Below the pieces are notes generated by a model, which saw only the letters and a program-made list of their open reading frames with translations, did no database searches and was not told the origin of the DNA. Positions 19,907-32,059 of a stretch of 56,294 nucleotides of DNA are shown here, piece by piece; the first letter of the stretch is position 1; every line of letters begins with the position of its first letter. Source of the DNA: Simkaniaceae bacterium (GTDB lineage Bacteria > Chlamydiota > Chlamydiia > Chlamydiales > Simkaniaceae); NCBI GenBank assembly GCA_050248615.1, contig JBFWSA010000013.1:1-56294 (forward strand), written 5' to 3'. The translations under genes and the position numbers were made by a program.

Positions 19907-20437
19907 ATGTCTACCTATATTTCTAACATAATGCCTAGCTGCGTGATGGATGCAGCGCATAGCGCACGCAATGTGTACGAAGGGATTAAAAATCCTCCTT
20001 ACCAAGAGCTCGATGCAAAACTCGCCCAAGCTGAGTCTTACCTCAATAAATTTGGGTACATTCCAGGAATTTCTATAGTATCTGGGACTTTCAGAGAGTA
20101 TTTTGGATATGTAGAGGTCCTCTTAGGGGTTTCTTCAGGAGCCCTGAGAAATATTGCTGCACAATTCATCAAAGACGAAGATGCCAAAAAAAAGCTTTAT
20201 GAGCAGGCAGAAATCGATTTTTCTTATGCCATCAACGGACTGGGAAACATTGTCCGAGGAAACATTGAAAAATTTGCTTACTGGGATCTATGGGCTCTAG
20301 CCATTAATAAATTAGTATTAATGACTTACGATCTGATTCAAATCCGTATGAATTATGGACATGAAACAGAAGCCTATAAACATCCGATTCTCCGCTCATT
20401 CATCAACGAAGGTACATCTAAACTAAGCAAAGACTAA
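19907..20437 (+). CDS. Hypothetical protein, effector-like
   Basis: 176-aa ORF with its own AT-rich promoter and terminator; no signal peptide; GYIPGISIVSG amphipathic motif. Confidence 0.7.
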   Translation: MSTYISNIMPSCVMDAAHSARNVYEGIKNPPYQELDAKLAQAESYLNKFGYIPGISIVSGTFREYFGYVEVLLGVSSGALRNIAAQFIKDEDAKKKLYEQAEIDFSYAINGLGNIVRGNIEKFAYWDLWALAINKLVLMTYDLIQIRMNYGHETEAYKHPILRSFINEGTSKLSKD

Positions 20438-20464
20438 TCAATTTTTTAGTTTGCTTTTTCTGCT

Positions 20465-20496
20465 AAAAAGAGATCTGTTTTACAGATCTCTTTTTT
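20465..20496 (+). terminator. Rho-independent terminator
   Basis: aaaaagagatctgt-ttt-acagatctctttttt hairpin with T tract. Confidence 0.8.
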
Positions 20497-20580
20497 ATTA
20501 AATAAAAAATATAAATTATTTTTTATTAATGATTTAATAATTTATTAATGTTATAATATTTTAAAAGGGAAGTGTTGGTA

Positions 20581-22263
20581 ATGGAAAATACATTTGAAAA
20601 ACAAGCAGACTATATACCTTATTCTGCAAATGAATATACATTCTTTGATACCCTCAAAAATTTAACAACCAGTTCTCCAGAGTATTGGTATGCCGATGAA
20701 ACGGGACTGCAAACCGTTGGACTCCTCACAAAGGTCCTCCAAACCGTAAAAGGTTTTTTTGGATGGCTAGGCTTTATTGACTACACATCTGTTCCCAATG
20801 TTGAATTTGGCCTGATGAAATACCTCTACTATGGCTATTCACAGGGTTATTTACGCCAAGAGGGATTTAAAGAGTGGATTCAGGGACTAAGACAGCAACC
20901 CTATACTTTTTCAACCATCACAAGTGAAATGCTGCACTATTTAGAAAAAGCTCCCCATTACAACCTCAACGAAGAGACACGCACCCATCTTGCAGAGTTT
21001 CTCTGCGGCTACCAAGCCACTTATCGAAAGGAGATCGATTCTATTGGGGGAGCTACTCCGGTCCCGACAGGAACCCCTTTCTCTTTTGGCAACTCTCCTC
21101 TCTCTCTAGGGTATCAGGCTCTTGCCCAAGGAAAAGTGGAGGAGGCACTGGGTTATGGATTCGCCGCCTATCATCTCCGTATCACCAATCGTTATGAAAG
21201 TGTTGGAAATTTATTCCTAGCCATTGCAAACAAAATGGAGACCCCTAACCCTTCCTTCCTAGAAAAACTGACAGAGTTTCAAAAAGGAGCTCTCTCCCAA
21301 AAAAATTACCGTTTAGGCCTCCAGTTTTATGAAGCCATTCAAAAACTAAACCCCCAGACCCCAGAAGAAACAAACCCCCAAGTCCTCTTAGAATATGGAA
21401 GGATCAAAAGAGCGCAGGGTGCATATCCCGCTGCCCTCTCCTATTTTACCCGGGCTCAGCATCTAGGCGCTGCAGGCGAATTGATCGATCGTGAGTGTGG
21501 GGCTCTCTATCTTCTCCAAGGAGAAGATCAGGAAAGAAAAGGACTCTTCAAGGAAGCACTCGGCTTTTATGAGCTTGCCTCCCATCATGGAGTGGAAATA
21601 GATGATCTTAAAAAAGCTGATCTCTATCTAAAAGCAGCCCAAGAATCTTTTACTCAAGAAAATAGCCGCTGGTTCAGTGCCAATTATAGTCAGGCGCTTA
21701 ATGGGTATGAAACAGCTATCCATCTCTTCTGTAAAAACAAGAAGCTTTCAGATGTTTTATTCCAAGGGCGGTGGTTTGACAACTATCTCACAGCCTTAAA
21801 ACATCACAACCAATTAGATAGAGGGATTGAAAAACTGAGCCACCATGTCAATCAAATGATCCATCTGATTAAAGAAGAAAAGCCCCTTTCAAAAATGGAA
21901 AGAATGGAGCGTATTCAGCAAATCAAGCCCTTTATTCGAAAAGCTCTTCAAATCCTCGATTTGATGATCTACCACGACCCTAACAATCCCGAACACCCCT
22001 TTAGAAAAGGCTTTCTTTACGACTATCTCAATTACGGGGGAGAAAGTGCTAATCCTCTTCCCTACTATCAAAAAGCCGTCGCTATCGACCCAGAAAACCC
22101 TTATTATTTAGTCTCCTACTATAAAACCTGTTGGGCACAACACTATCCTACCGATGATACTATCATGAGATATTATCAATCCACAAAGTGCTCTCTAGTC
22201 GAATACTGGTATGAAGATGATCGCTTTAGCCGGAGCCATAGCCGCTTTGAAGCGATCTACTAA
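20581..22263 (+). CDS. TPR-like repeat protein, effector-like (start ATG 20581)
   Basis: Repeated TPR-like helices (ALSYFTRAQHLG, EALGFYELA, YYQKAVAIDPENP); no signal peptide. Confidence 0.75.
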   Translation: MENTFEKQADYIPYSANEYTFFDTLKNLTTSSPEYWYADETGLQTVGLLTKVLQTVKGFFGWLGFIDYTSVPNVEFGLMKYLYYGYSQGYLRQEGFKEWIQGLRQQPYTFSTITSEMLHYLEKAPHYNLNEETRTHLAEFLCGYQATYRKEIDSIGGATPVPTGTPFSFGNSPLSLGYQALAQGKVEEALGYGFAAYHLRITNRYESVGNLFLAIANKMETPNPSFLEKLTEFQKGALSQKNYRLGLQFYEAIQKLNPQTPEETNPQVLLEYGRIKRAQGAYPAALSYFTRAQHLGAAGELIDRECGALYLLQGEDQERKGLFKEALGFYELASHHGVEIDDLKKADLYLKAAQESFTQENSRWFSANYSQALNGYETAIHLFCKNKKLSDVLFQGRWFDNYLTALKHHNQLDRGIEKLSHHVNQMIHLIKEEKPLSKMERMERIQQIKPFIRKALQILDLMIYHDPNNPEHPFRKGFLYDYLNYGGESANPLPYYQKAVAIDPENPYYLVSYYKTCWAQHYPTDDTIMRYYQSTKCSLVEYWYEDDRFSRSHSRFEAIY

Positions 22264-22284
22264 CACCAGTTGGATGTCTGGCGT

Positions 22285-23661
22285 TCAATTGATCATTTTT
22301 GAGGGGTCGACCACCGCATCGAATTTTTCCGCAGTGAGATAGCCCAGTTCAACAGCGACCTCTTTCAGCGTTTTATTCTCTTTGTAGGCCTTTTTAGCAA
22401 TCTCTGCAGCTTTGTCATAACCGATAACGGGGTTCAGGGCTGTGACAAGCATGAGAGAACGTTTCAGATGGACAGTAACTTGTTCTAGGTTAGGCTCCGT
22501 CCCTTTTAAGCAACGCTCTGTGAAATTTTTCGCACTATCCCCTAAGAGTTGAATAGATTGAAGCAAGTTATAGATCATCACCGGACGGTAGACGTTGAGT
22601 TCAAAATTTCCCTGAGAACAGGCAAATCCAATGGCGGCATCATTCCCCATTACCTGAACAACAACCTGGGTCATTGATTCACACTGTGTAGGATTGACTT
22701 TACCGGGCATAATGGAGGAGCCAGGTTCATTGCTGGGGATGATCAGCTCACCAATGCCCGAACGCGGGCCTGAAGCCATCCAGCGAATATCATTGGCAAT
22801 TTTCATGAAAGAGCATGCCAGACGTTTCAAGGCTCCACTCATCTCTACCATCGCATCATCGGCCGCTAGAGCTTCGAATTTATTCGGAGCACTCGTAAAC
22901 GTTTCTCCGGTAAGTTTACTGATCACTTCGGCCACGCGCTTTGCATACTTGGGATGGGTATTGAGCCCTGTTCCAACAGCGGTTCCTCCGAGGGCTATTT
23001 CAGCTATGTGGGGAAGGGCGTTATGAATGGCTTGAATCCCATGCTCGATTTGGGAGGCATACCCTGAAAATTCCTGTCCTAAAGTGAGGGGGGTGGCATC
23101 CATAAGATGGGTCCGCCCAATTTTAACAATATCCCTAAAAGCTTTAGCCTTTTCCTGAAGTTCCTTCAGAAAAATATCTAGATGGGGCAAAAGATGGTGC
23201 TTGATCTTGAGAACAGCAGCAATGTGCATTGCCGTTGGAAAGGTATCATTGGAAGACTGCGATTTATTGACATCATCATTAGGATGGATGGGGTCTTTAG
23301 ATCCCATCTTCCCTCCAGCTTTTTCGATTGCATAATTGCTAATCACCTCATTGACATTCATATTGGTCTGTGTCCCAGACCCCGTTTGCCAAACAACTAG
23401 AGGAAAATGTTCATCTAGAGCTCCCGATAAAATCGCATCGACAGCCTCTCCGATCATCGCGCACTTTTCTTGAGGGAGTAGCCCCAGCTCTGCATTGACA
23501 ATGGCTGAGGCTTTTTTGACGATCGCTTGACCGTAGATCACTTCTAGAGGAATTTTTTCTCCCCCAACAGGGAAGTTATCCTTAGAGCGCTGCGTTTGCG
23601 CACCCCAATACTTATCCTCAGGAACTTCAACAATGCCCAATGAATCTTTTTCTTGTCTCAT
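22285..23661 (-). CDS. fumC: Fumarate hydratase class II
   Basis: [35 protein letters not shown]. Confidence 0.97.
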   Translation of the reverse strand: MRQEKDSLGIVEVPEDKYWGAQTQRSKDNFPVGGEKIPLEVIYGQAIVKKASAIVNAELGLLPQEKCAMIGEAVDAILSGALDEHFPLVVWQTGSGTQTNMNVNEVISNYAIEKAGGKMGSKDPIHPNDDVNKSQSSNDTFPTAMHIAAVLKIKHHLLPHLDIFLKELQEKAKAFRDIVKIGRTHLMDATPLTLGQEFSGYASQIEHGIQAIHNALPHIAEIALGGTAVGTGLNTHPKYAKRVAEVISKLTGETFTSAPNKFEALAADDAMVEMSGALKRLACSFMKIANDIRWMASGPRSGIGELIIPSNEPGSSIMPGKVNPTQCESMTQVVVQVMGNDAAIGFACSQGNFELNVYRPVMIYNLLQSIQLLGDSAKNFTERCLKGTEPNLEQVTVHLKRSLMLVTALNPVIGYDKAAEIAKKAYKENKTLKEVAVELGYLTAEKFDAVVDPSKMIN

Positions 23662-23677
23662 ACTCCTTTGTATACAC

Positions 23678-24100
23678 CTAAATCAGTAATAGGGCAAACA
23701 CGAAAGCAAAGAGTGAGAAAGATTCTACAATTCCGAGAGCAGCTAAGCATTTTCCATAGACAGCAGGCTGCTTGGCAGATGCCTGAATGCCTGTTGCTGC
23801 ACACATGCCTTGATAGATCGATGAGATCATAATGGCAAGACCAATAAAGACCCCAATTCCAATCCCATTGATCGCAGAAAGGGTTTTAGCATCAATCGCA
23901 TTCTTCATCAAAAGCATCAGAACAAAGCCGTAAATCGCTTGTGAGGAGGGTAGCGCAGACATTCCAATAAATTTTCCATGGTTTTCCTCCACACGTGCCA
24001 TCACACCGTGTGAAGCCATTCCTGCAATTCCGCAGCCAATAGCGCTACCTAGGCAAGCAAGCCCTAGCACAATGGCCGGTCCAAGCATTTCAAAGTTCAT
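23678..24100 (-). CDS. atpK: V-type ATP synthase subunit K (proteolipid)
   Basis: 4-TM proteolipid with PSSQAIYG and GIVESFSLF; last gene of the operon. Confidence 0.93.
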   Translation of the reverse strand: MNFEMLGPAIVLGLACLGSAIGCGIAGMASHGVMARVEENHGKFIGMSALPSSQAIYGFVLMLLMKNAIDAKTLSAINGIGIGVFIGLAIMISSIYQGMCAATGIQASAKQPAVYGKCLAALGIVESFSLFAFVFALLLI

Positions 24101-24171
24101 AAGGTTATTCTCCTTTGGTTTTAAACATGAATTATGGATGAAACTTCTATGGGGGGTTTTCTCATAGAAAT

Positions 24172-26100
24172 CTAATCCTGAATTCGCGTTTTAAGTAATT
24201 TTAGGGGTTGAAACATTCTCCCTCCCCCTTGAAAGGAATGGTGATACCATTCGATGAAGTTTAGACGGAGACCATGGATGGTTCCTCCCATGATTCCCAC
24301 CACAATATTGATGGCATGTCCCACTAAAATCACAAAGAATCCAGCAGCAAAGCCCAAACTCATCCCCATTTCATTAAAAGTATTCGCCAGGATCATCGCC
24401 GCTAACCCTAAAGCATAGATCCGGAGATACGAAAGAACATCGGCAAAGAGTTCAATCGGCTTGGTAAGCTCAATAAAACCGGCCCATTTATTCTGAAGGA
24501 GAGCCAAGATCACAGCCAGTGCAATCCCCCCCCAAAGAAGTTGCTGTCCCACTTCATATCCCGCACTTTTAGAAATGATATGCATGAAGTGGATAAAGGA
24601 TGTGGAATCGAGTACCTTGGGGAAAAATAGGTACCCTCCAATAATGGCAAAGATCCAACCAGCCCCTCCAAAATGGCGACGTACGTGGCGCAATAGAGAA
24701 AGGATAATATGAATCGCTCCCACCATCAGAGCAATCTCCATAAAAATGCTATCTCTAAAATCATCAAGAACCACGTATTTTGTGAACCCCCCTTTAATAA
24801 TCTTGGCTTCATGAAGGAATTCTTCTCCATTTGTAACCCCCTCAAGATGGGGAAATTTCTCCATAATCTCTTTGTACGTTTCATCCTTCAAGGCAATATG
24901 GTAATCGGCTTTTTTGATCGCCAAGTAATGAATGATCGAAGCCTTATTGAGAGGGTTTTTGGGATCTAGCTCAATTCCAAAATAAGCATTCGATAAAATG
25001 CCCCATACAATACAACTATAAGAGAGGACCTTAAAGAGACGTAAAAAACGCTTCATTGCAGGAGGGGCATGAGAGAATTTTTTTGTCAAAACCAGAGCTA
25101 ATATCAAAAAGATCAACCCATATCCCGCATCGGAAACGATCATGGCAAAGAAGACGGCAAAAGCCCAAAACACCCATGTAGAGGGATCTTTATCATTGGT
25201 CGCTGGGGTGTCATAAATATGGACCAAGTCCTCCCCCACTTTTCCGTAGCTTTTGTTTTCCATATAAGTGGGAACACGTTCCCCTTTTTCAATCGCAACT
25301 TCTTCTGCATGAATGCCCAGTCCTTCAAGGAGAGGGAAAAGACCATGGAGGCGATTTTTAGGAATCCATCCCTCGATCGCAAAAAGATGGTCATTGAGAT
25401 GTGTAGAAACTTCTCCACTTGCAAAATGTAAATTATACCGATTCATCTCATGGGCTAAGTGGTTTTTCAGAAAGTCGATATAGGCAGCGTTTTCTTTGAG
25501 CTCTTTTTCACATTTTTCGATGGAAGAGACGACATATTCCCATTCTCGCTTGAGCTCAGAGAGAGACTTCTCAAAATGCATTTCAATCATTCCAGAATAA
25601 CTTTTCACTTGATTGCTGACCGACAAGAAATACTCCATGTCATACTCAGAATTGAGGTGAATGAGCTCTTCGGGAGGGGTTTCATTTTTTAACTTGGAGC
25701 GCTTTACGCAAAAAAACTGGACATAGCGATGGGCTTCACGTTCTAATTCCCGGATTTCTGAAAGAGAAAAATCTCCTAAAGGTTCAATACGGGCGATTTC
25801 TGCTCTAAGGAGTCGCTCTTCTTCTAAAAGCTTTTCCAAATGACTTTTAGTCTGGACAATCGTCGTTGCCAAATGATGGGCATCTAAATCTTTTGTAAGC
25901 TCAGCTCCCTTTACCAGCGGTTGCTTGCTTAATATTCTAAGAGCAGAAATCGTGTCTTGAAGTGTCGCGGGATAATCCACAGCACGCCTCTCCTTTTGAG
26001 AAAGAAACTCTATAAATCCTTTCTCTTGAGCCCGCTTGAAGAAAATATCTAGATCTTCTTGAACGCCAATGAAGAGGTACTTTTTTACATTGATGATCAT
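24172..26100 (-). CDS. atpI: V-type ATP synthase subunit I
   Basis: FFAMIVSDAGYG, DVLSYLRIYAL, IHGLRLNFIEW. Confidence 0.95.
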   Translation of the reverse strand: MIINVKKYLFIGVQEDLDIFFKRAQEKGFIEFLSQKERRAVDYPATLQDTISALRILSKQPLVKGAELTKDLDAHHLATTIVQTKSHLEKLLEEERLLRAEIARIEPLGDFSLSEIRELEREAHRYVQFFCVKRSKLKNETPPEELIHLNSEYDMEYFLSVSNQVKSYSGMIEMHFEKSLSELKREWEYVVSSIEKCEKELKENAAYIDFLKNHLAHEMNRYNLHFASGEVSTHLNDHLFAIEGWIPKNRLHGLFPLLEGLGIHAEEVAIEKGERVPTYMENKSYGKVGEDLVHIYDTPATNDKDPSTWVFWAFAVFFAMIVSDAGYGLIFLILALVLTKKFSHAPPAMKRFLRLFKVLSYSCIVWGILSNAYFGIELDPKNPLNKASIIHYLAIKKADYHIALKDETYKEIMEKFPHLEGVTNGEEFLHEAKIIKGGFTKYVVLDDFRDSIFMEIALMVGAIHIILSLLRHVRRHFGGAGWIFAIIGGYLFFPKVLDSTSFIHFMHIISKSAGYEVGQQLLWGGIALAVILALLQNKWAGFIELTKPIELFADVLSYLRIYALGLAAMILANTFNEMGMSLGFAAGFFVILVGHAINIVVGIMGGTIHGLRLNFIEWYHHSFQGGGRMFQPLKLLKTRIQD

Positions 26101-26708
26101 GCGACGCTTTCCTTTTTTTTCTTCAAGATTTTAGCTTTAGCCACTTTTGCTTGGGCAACAGAAGATAACTCTTGATCCCCTAAGAACACCCGAATTTTCT
26201 TGATATTTCCCTGGGTTCTGGGAATGAGAATCTTTTCAAACAGGTTGACACGGATCGAGACTTCACGTAGCTCTTTTTCTAAGATCTTCTTCTTCTCTTC
26301 CACAACAGAGATTTTCGCTTTGGCAATGACAAGTTCGCGCAGCTTTTCCATTCCTGAATCTACCCATAAGGGGGTGTCGAAAAGGGAGTAGTCAATCGTT
26401 TCAAAAATAACACCTTCGAAAAAAGGAATTTCTGCCCCAGCAATGTTTTCAAAACGTTTTTCCACTTCTATCACTTGGGTCCCTTCAAAAAGGGTGAATG
26501 CCTCGGGATCGGTAAGGAGAGACTGAAAGGTTTCACATCCAGCCTTCTGCTGTTTATAGAGGACACTTAGCTTCTCGATTTCAATAATCGCATTATTCAC
26601 TTCCGTTTGGAGCATCGCTTTTTTGAGCTGCAACGTGGGAAGATACTTTTCTAACTGTTTGAGCCTGTATTGCTGGTCACGCAGCTCATTCTTAGTCAGC
26701 TTTACCAT
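26097..26708 (-). CDS. atpD: V-type ATP synthase subunit D (start moved to ATG 26708)
   Basis: [27 protein letters not shown]. Confidence 0.93.
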   Translation of the reverse strand: MVKLTKNELRDQQYRLKQLEKYLPTLQLKKAMLQTEVNNAIIEIEKLSVLYKQQKAGCETFQSLLTDPEAFTLFEGTQVIEVEKRFENIAGAEIPFFEGVIFETIDYSLFDTPLWVDSGMEKLRELVIAKAKISVVEEKKKILEKELREVSIRVNLFEKILIPRTQGNIKKIRVFLGDQELSSVAQAKVAKAKILKKKKESVA

Positions 26709-28011
26709 GATTGCTTCCGGGCCAATATTTATTAATGAGGTCCTGCTTGATCCCCACTTCATGGGGTTCAAAACATTCTGCAAGGGTTTGCCATCCTAAA
26801 TTGAGAGCCTCTTCGACAGGAATGTTCACTTCAAGATTCATCATCCTGCTTTCAAAAAGGAAAGAATATTCTAAGAGTTTTTCATCCCATCTCGAAAGAC
26901 GAAAACCCATACTCTGTCTTTCCCGTGCTTTTTTGGATTCAGCATAAAGACGGATTTGCGCATTCGCAATATCCCCATGATCTTCACGCGTCACACTTCC
27001 AATGACTTGCTGTTTCAAACGGGAAAGGGAACCAAAGGGGTCAATACGTCCTCCATGCAGGTAGAACTGCCCCTCTGTAATATATCCTGTATTGTCGGGA
27101 ATCGGATGGGTCACATCCCCCCCCGGCATGGTGGTGACAGAAATCAAAGTAATCGAACCACTCCCATCGATATCTACCGCCTTCTCATACCGAGAAGCCA
27201 AATCTGAATAGAGGGAACCAGGATAGCCCCGATTCGAAGGCACCTGATCCATCGTAATCATGATCTCTTTAATCGAGTCAGCAAAAGCAGTCATATCTGT
27301 CAGGAGGACTAAAACATCTTTATCTTTGATGGCAAACTGCTCAGCACAGGCTAGTGCCATATCGGGGACTAAAAGACATTCAACAGCAGGGTCGGTCGCT
27401 TTATGGATAAACATGACTGTCTTTTCCATAGATCCAGATTTCTCAGCATTATCAATAAACGCCTGATAATCGTCATAACGGAGCCCCATCCCTCCAATGA
27501 TCACAATGTCTGCATCGGTCTGATTGGCAATCCGCATGAGGAGTTGGTTATAGGGCTCTCCTGCAATAGAGAAGATCGGAATTTTTTGAGATTTTACCAA
27601 GCAATTGAAAACATCAATCATAGGAATATTGGTATTCACCATCTGATGGGGAACAACGCGTTTGACGGGGTTAAAAGAGGGTTGCCCAATGTCAATTTTT
27701 TCCCCAATAATTTCAGGACCATCATCGATAGGCTCTCCACTGCCATTGAGACGGCGCCCTAATAGAGAGGTTCCCGATGTGGCTTGCATCTGATGGCCTA
27801 AGAACCCTACGCGATCACCCGTTGAAACTCCACGAGGATTTTCAAAGGCTTGTAAGGTCACTTTCTCTCCATCAATACTTAAAACCGAAGCAAGGGTCGT
27901 TTGCCCTGAACTGCGATGAATCTTCGCCAGTTCCCCCATCTTAATTCCTTTACCTAAGACCGTAATGAGGTTTCCACGAATATCAATGATTCTGTCATAT
28001 ACTTTCTTCAT
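26692..28011 (-). CDS. atpB: V-type ATP synthase subunit B
   Basis: [30 protein letters not shown]. Confidence 0.96.
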   Translation of the reverse strand: MKKVYDRIIDIRGNLITVLGKGIKMGELAKIHRSSGQTTLASVLSIDGEKVTLQAFENPRGVSTGDRVGFLGHQMQATSGTSLLGRRLNGSGEPIDDGPEIIGEKIDIGQPSFNPVKRVVPHQMVNTNIPMIDVFNCLVKSQKIPIFSIAGEPYNQLLMRIANQTDADIVIIGGMGLRYDDYQAFIDNAEKSGSMEKTVMFIHKATDPAVECLLVPDMALACAEQFAIKDKDVLVLLTDMTAFADSIKEIMITMDQVPSNRGYPGSLYSDLASRYEKAVDIDGSGSITLISVTTMPGGDVTHPIPDNTGYITEGQFYLHGGRIDPFGSLSRLKQQVIGSVTREDHGDIANAQIRLYAESKKARERQSMGFRLSRWDEKLLEYSFLFESRMMNLEVNIPVEEALNLGWQTLAECFEPHEVGIKQDLINKYWPGSNHGKAD

Positions 28012-28019
28012 AGTGCTCC

Positions 28020-29789
28020 TTAAGCAGTTTGCATCGTGGCGTTTTTAATACGGTTTTCAATAGATTTAAATGCCTTATTATATCCATCTGAATTAAACGG
28101 CATAAAATTCATGTTTTTGATGTCTCCTTGTAAGCTTAAAAAGAAGTTGCGAGCTTCATCATGTCCATCAAAAATAAATTCCGCAGAAAAGATTTTTTGG
28201 ATTAACTCAAAAAGGATGATTTGCCGATCCAACGGACAATAGGCATCTTGCTTATCAAAGGCATTTTGTTGGAGGTAAGAAAATTCATAGAGTTCTGATT
28301 TGAGATAAACAATCAAATCTTCAACTGTAATGCCTTCCTCTCCTACAACCTCCATCCGTTTTCCAATTTCATCCCCTTCCCGCAAAATCTTAGCCGCTTT
28401 CCGGTTTTTTTCAGCCCATCCCCCTACTTTTTTCTGCAAGTCAAGACTCACATCATCAATATATTTCGACCAAGAAATCAAAGGATCAATCGCAGGGTAG
28501 CGACGGGCATCCGAGCGGGCTTTTGAAAGACCAAGAAAAGCGCCCACAACGCCGAGGGTAGCTTGAGTGACAGGCTCTTCAAAGTTCCCTCCTGCTGGGG
28601 AAACCGTTCCCGCAATCGTCATCGATCCTTTGGTGTCATCCTTTAACTTGATGACCCCAGAGCGTTCATAAAACGCTGCAATACGCGACCCTAAATAGGC
28701 GGGGAAGGCTTCTTCTCCCGGAATTTCCTCTAAACGACCCGACATCTCCCGCATCGCTTGCGCCCAACGAGAGGTGGAATCAGCAAGAAGGAGGACATCT
28801 AGCCCCATTTGGCGGTAGTATTCAGCAATGGTTGCTCCCATGTATACGGAAGCTTCTCGAGCCGCAACAGGCATGGAAGAGGTATTACAAATGATGACTG
28901 TTCGACTCATGAGGGATTCATTTGTATGAGGATCTGTCAAGTGAGGGAAAGTTTTTAAAACCTCCACAACCTCTCCTGCACGCTCACCGCAAGCAGTAAT
29001 AACAACTAAATCAACAGAGGAGTACTTTGAAAGGTGGTGCTGAAGAACCGTTTTTCCCGCTCCAAAAGGACCTGGAGTGCAAAAGGTGCCCCCTTTAAGA
29101 ATCGGAAACTGGGTGTCGATAATGCGCTCACCCGTATCCATCATCTTTGTCGCTTTCACTTTTTTCCCTTCAATGAGGGGTGTTTTTACCGGCCACTTTT
29201 GCAACATCGAAAGGGAAAACTCATTCCCTTTTTCATCTTTCACTTTTGCAATCACAGTGTCGATGGTATAGGAACCAGACTTCACAACCCAAGTGACAGT
29301 AAATTTACCCCGAAAGGTGAAGGGAAGCATGATTTTATGATGAAAGCGCCCTTCCATTGTCGTTCCTAACGTGTCGCCACGCACAAGAACATCTCCCACC
29401 TTTGCAACAGGGTGATAATCCCAGTGTTTCTGCCTATCAAGAGAGGGAATATAAATGCCGCGCTGCAAGAATAACCCCGAAGCATCTGCAACCCGCTCCA
29501 AGGGATTTTGCAGTCCATCAAAAATAGCACTAATCAGCCCTGGTCCCAACTCTGCTTCCAAGAGGTGAGAGGTAAATTGCACAGGGGTATCTAATTGAAC
29601 GCCTGAGATATCTTCAAACACCTGAAGCTTCACCTCATTTCCTGCAACCTCAATAACTTCACCCTTGAGAGAAACACCACCGACATGAACCATGGCTACT
29701 TCGCCTTGACGCACATCCCCTTCAAATTTTACATGGAGGAGGTTTCCAAATGCGCGGACCACTTTTCCTGTTGCTAGTTCTTTACTCAT
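28020..29789 (-). CDS. atpA: V-type ATP synthase subunit A
   Basis: P-loop [35 protein letters not shown]. Confidence 0.97.
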   Translation of the reverse strand: MSKELATGKVVRAFGNLLHVKFEGDVRQGEVAMVHVGGVSLKGEVIEVAGNEVKLQVFEDISGVQLDTPVQFTSHLLEAELGPGLISAIFDGLQNPLERVADASGLFLQRGIYIPSLDRQKHWDYHPVAKVGDVLVRGDTLGTTMEGRFHHKIMLPFTFRGKFTVTWVVKSGSYTIDTVIAKVKDEKGNEFSLSMLQKWPVKTPLIEGKKVKATKMMDTGERIIDTQFPILKGGTFCTPGPFGAGKTVLQHHLSKYSSVDLVVITACGERAGEVVEVLKTFPHLTDPHTNESLMSRTVIICNTSSMPVAAREASVYMGATIAEYYRQMGLDVLLLADSTSRWAQAMREMSGRLEEIPGEEAFPAYLGSRIAAFYERSGVIKLKDDTKGSMTIAGTVSPAGGNFEEPVTQATLGVVGAFLGLSKARSDARRYPAIDPLISWSKYIDDVSLDLQKKVGGWAEKNRKAAKILREGDEIGKRMEVVGEEGITVEDLIVYLKSELYEFSYLQQNAFDKQDAYCPLDRQIILFELIQKIFSAEFIFDGHDEARNFFLSLQGDIKNMNFMPFNSDGYNKAFKSIENRIKNATMQTA

Positions 29790-30568
29790 ACGTTGTTACC
29801 TTTCACGATCTCTGTTAAATTCTGATTTCCTTCTTTTTCATTGAGAACATTTCCATCTTCGACAATCATCAGTTGGATAAAATATCCCAAAATATAATCA
29901 ATAGAGAAGGGATCATCCTGCACCCTTTCGGCTATCTTATTAAACCGAAAAGCTGCCATAGCTTCATATTGCCGCTTCGGATCCCCTATGACCTCTTTCA
30001 ATTTTTCATCCAGCTCCTCATATCCAAAAGGAAACTCAAAAAATGGAGCATCTTTTTGCGCTAAAATCTGCGCTACCAGAGGATCAGACAAATCTTCATG
30101 TTGCAGCTCTTTAGCTGGGTCCACTCCCAACTTTTTGGAGCGGTATCCCGCTAAAATAAGGCGCCACTCCCGTTCAAACCCGAAGTAAAACTTCAAAAAA
30201 CCTCTCTGCGTTTTATCCATTTTCTTAAAGAATTGGATAAAAACCTTCGAATAATTGCGCAGTTGCTCCTCTAAACTCTCATATTCTTCAAAGTAATCAA
30301 AAAGATACTGAGGCAACCCTTCACGATTCAGCAAAGCTTCGTCTAACTCTTTCTCCGTTAAATTTCCGCGAGGATCTAAGGGTCGCTTTTTTAATAGCTG
30401 CCATACATTTTTCAGGTCGATATAGCGGCGAATTAATACCACTTTCTCTAAGTCAGAGGGCCCCATATTATCTCGAAAAAGTTCCATTAGGTCTTCAAAA
30501 AAAAGACCCACCTTACTTCCGATTTTAAGAGGTGGGAGGATGCTCCCTAAAAAGAAATACTGCGCCAT
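29786..30568 (-). CDS. V-type ATPase subunit C-like protein (DUF2764, CT309-like)
   Basis: Lies between atpE and atpA as in other chlamydiae; YFFLGSILPPL and YFGFEREWRLILAGYR motifs. Confidence 0.85.
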   Translation of the reverse strand: MAQYFFLGSILPPLKIGSKVGLFFEDLMELFRDNMGPSDLEKVVLIRRYIDLKNVWQLLKKRPLDPRGNLTEKELDEALLNREGLPQYLFDYFEEYESLEEQLRNYSKVFIQFFKKMDKTQRGFLKFYFGFEREWRLILAGYRSKKLGVDPAKELQHEDLSDPLVAQILAQKDAPFFEFPFGYEELDEKLKEVIGDPKRQYEAMAAFRFNKIAERVQDDPFSIDYILGYFIQLMIVEDGNVLNEKEGNQNLTEIVKGNNV

Positions 30569-30575
30569 GACTTAT

Positions 30576-31208
30576 TCACACTGATGCGGCAAAAATCACC
30601 GACCGAAAATCTTCTCTTACAAAATTTGCAAGAAGCGTCTTTAACGCTTCATCTGTCATATCAACCGTTAGATTCTTATCCACAATCTTTACCTGAGCTC
30701 CCCCCATGATATCGCCAATCTCAACACTTTTCTCTTTGAGACGGTCAACAATTCCTTTTGCCAGCGCCTGATTGACAGCCTGAGGAGAAACAGTTGAAGA
30801 AATAAGCGCCTTGAGATTGACATCGATCCCTTCTTTTTCAATCCCCTTAACTATTGCTGAGATGAGCTCTGCAACGATATCGGGATGATTCATCTGCTTC
30901 CTAATAAAATGGTCAAGTTCTTCATTAAAAAGCTTTTTTTCGATCTCTTGTTTCAATGTATCGAGGCTCTTTTTGCACGCAAGATTTATTGAAGCCTGAA
31001 AAACATTGCGTTCCTCTTCGATTCTTTTTTTGGCCTCTTCCTGGAGCTTCTGCGCTTCACGTTTTGCATCCTCGATAATTTTTTCCCCATCCACGCGCGC
31101 TTTGGCAATGATTCTGTCAGCCTCTTTCTTAGCAGGCTCAAGCGTCTCTTTCTTCAAGACTTCACAGATTTTCTTAACTTTATCTTTTCCTGTATCAACG
31201 GACTTCAT
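30576..31208 (-). CDS. atpE: V-type ATP synthase subunit E
   Basis: KICEVLKKETLEPAKKEA coiled coil; first gene of the operon. Confidence 0.92.
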   Translation of the reverse strand: MKSVDTGKDKVKKICEVLKKETLEPAKKEADRIIAKARVDGEKIIEDAKREAQKLQEEAKKRIEEERNVFQASINLACKKSLDTLKQEIEKKLFNEELDHFIRKQMNHPDIVAELISAIVKGIEKEGIDVNLKALISSTVSPQAVNQALAKGIVDRLKEKSVEIGDIMGGAQVKIVDKNLTVDMTDEALKTLLANFVREDFRSVIFAASV

Positions 31209-31260
31209 TCTAACCCTCTACGATTGTTAGTAGGGATTGTAGGGAAAAAAATGAAAAACT

Positions 31261-31983
31261 TCAAGCTTTGATCTGATTCATCAAGTAGGCATGTACACAG
31301 GGTGAGTCTACTAAACCAACATGTCCTTCATAGACTTCTAGCTGATGATAGGCGAGAGATTTTTCAGGCATTAAGATATCTTCTGTTCCTCTCACTTCAT
31401 AAATTCTATCGCGTATTGGCTCAGAAAGCTTGTTCCACTCCTCAGGAAGGGTCATGGATCCAATTCGAAAAATGCGCCCAATATCACTACGCATCCTATC
31501 CCAACTCCGATCTTGATAGCAGTATCCTCCCTCTTCAATATGCCATGATTCTGTAGGCAAACCCATGTAGAGGGCAATTTCTGCTCCTCGCGAGTATCCA
31601 ATCAGATCTACAGCCACTTTTTCCCCATAAAGTGCTTGAATTTCTTGAATTTTAGCATCGATACGCATTTGGTCTTCCATCGTGAGCTCACCCTCACACA
31701 AATTGAAGGTAAAAAGAGGACCTACATCCCCCTCTTGAAAAGCCCTGGCCATGACTAAAAATGTCCCTTGCGTCCCATTTTTTCCATGGAGAGCCAAAAT
31801 AGGTGTGGAGTTTAATTGTTTTTCAGTGAGTTCTACAGGATTCACCCCATAAGGATGAAACTCCCTTTCTTTCCCTTCATTCATGGCCATCCCCGCTTGA
31901 AGAGACTTTAACGGTTCCCAAAAAAGGGCGCCCACTACAGCGGCTTGCCACCGGAGTTCCCACATCCTGAGCTGTTGCACCAA
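31261..31983 (-). CDS. Alpha/beta hydrolase (lipase/esterase family); start uncertain
   Basis: ALHG oxyanion motif, GYSRG nucleophile elbow, DILMP Asp, GHVGL His. Confidence 0.8.
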   Translation of the reverse strand: MVQQLRMWELRWQAAVVGALFWEPLKSLQAGMAMNEGKEREFHPYGVNPVELTEKQLNSTPILALHGKNGTQGTFLVMARAFQEGDVGPLFTFNLCEGELTMEDQMRIDAKIQEIQALYGEKVAVDLIGYSRGAEIALYMGLPTESWHIEEGGYCYQDRSWDRMRSDIGRIFRIGSMTLPEEWNKLSEPIRDRIYEVRGTEDILMPEKSLAYHQLEVYEGHVGLVDSPCVHAYLMNQIKA

Positions 31984-32059
31984 GCAAGAGATACAAAACT
32001 TACAGTAGGAATGCGAACGAGGATACTTTCGCCTTCTATTTCCAAAAAATCCTCCCTAA

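Noticed and set aside
24146..24169. Hairpin between atpI and atpK
   Set aside because: Short and imperfect; it could be an mRNA-processing element but cannot be supported from sequence alone.
23678..31208. V-type ATPase as a novelty
   Set aside because: Standard chlamydial operon in the standard order.
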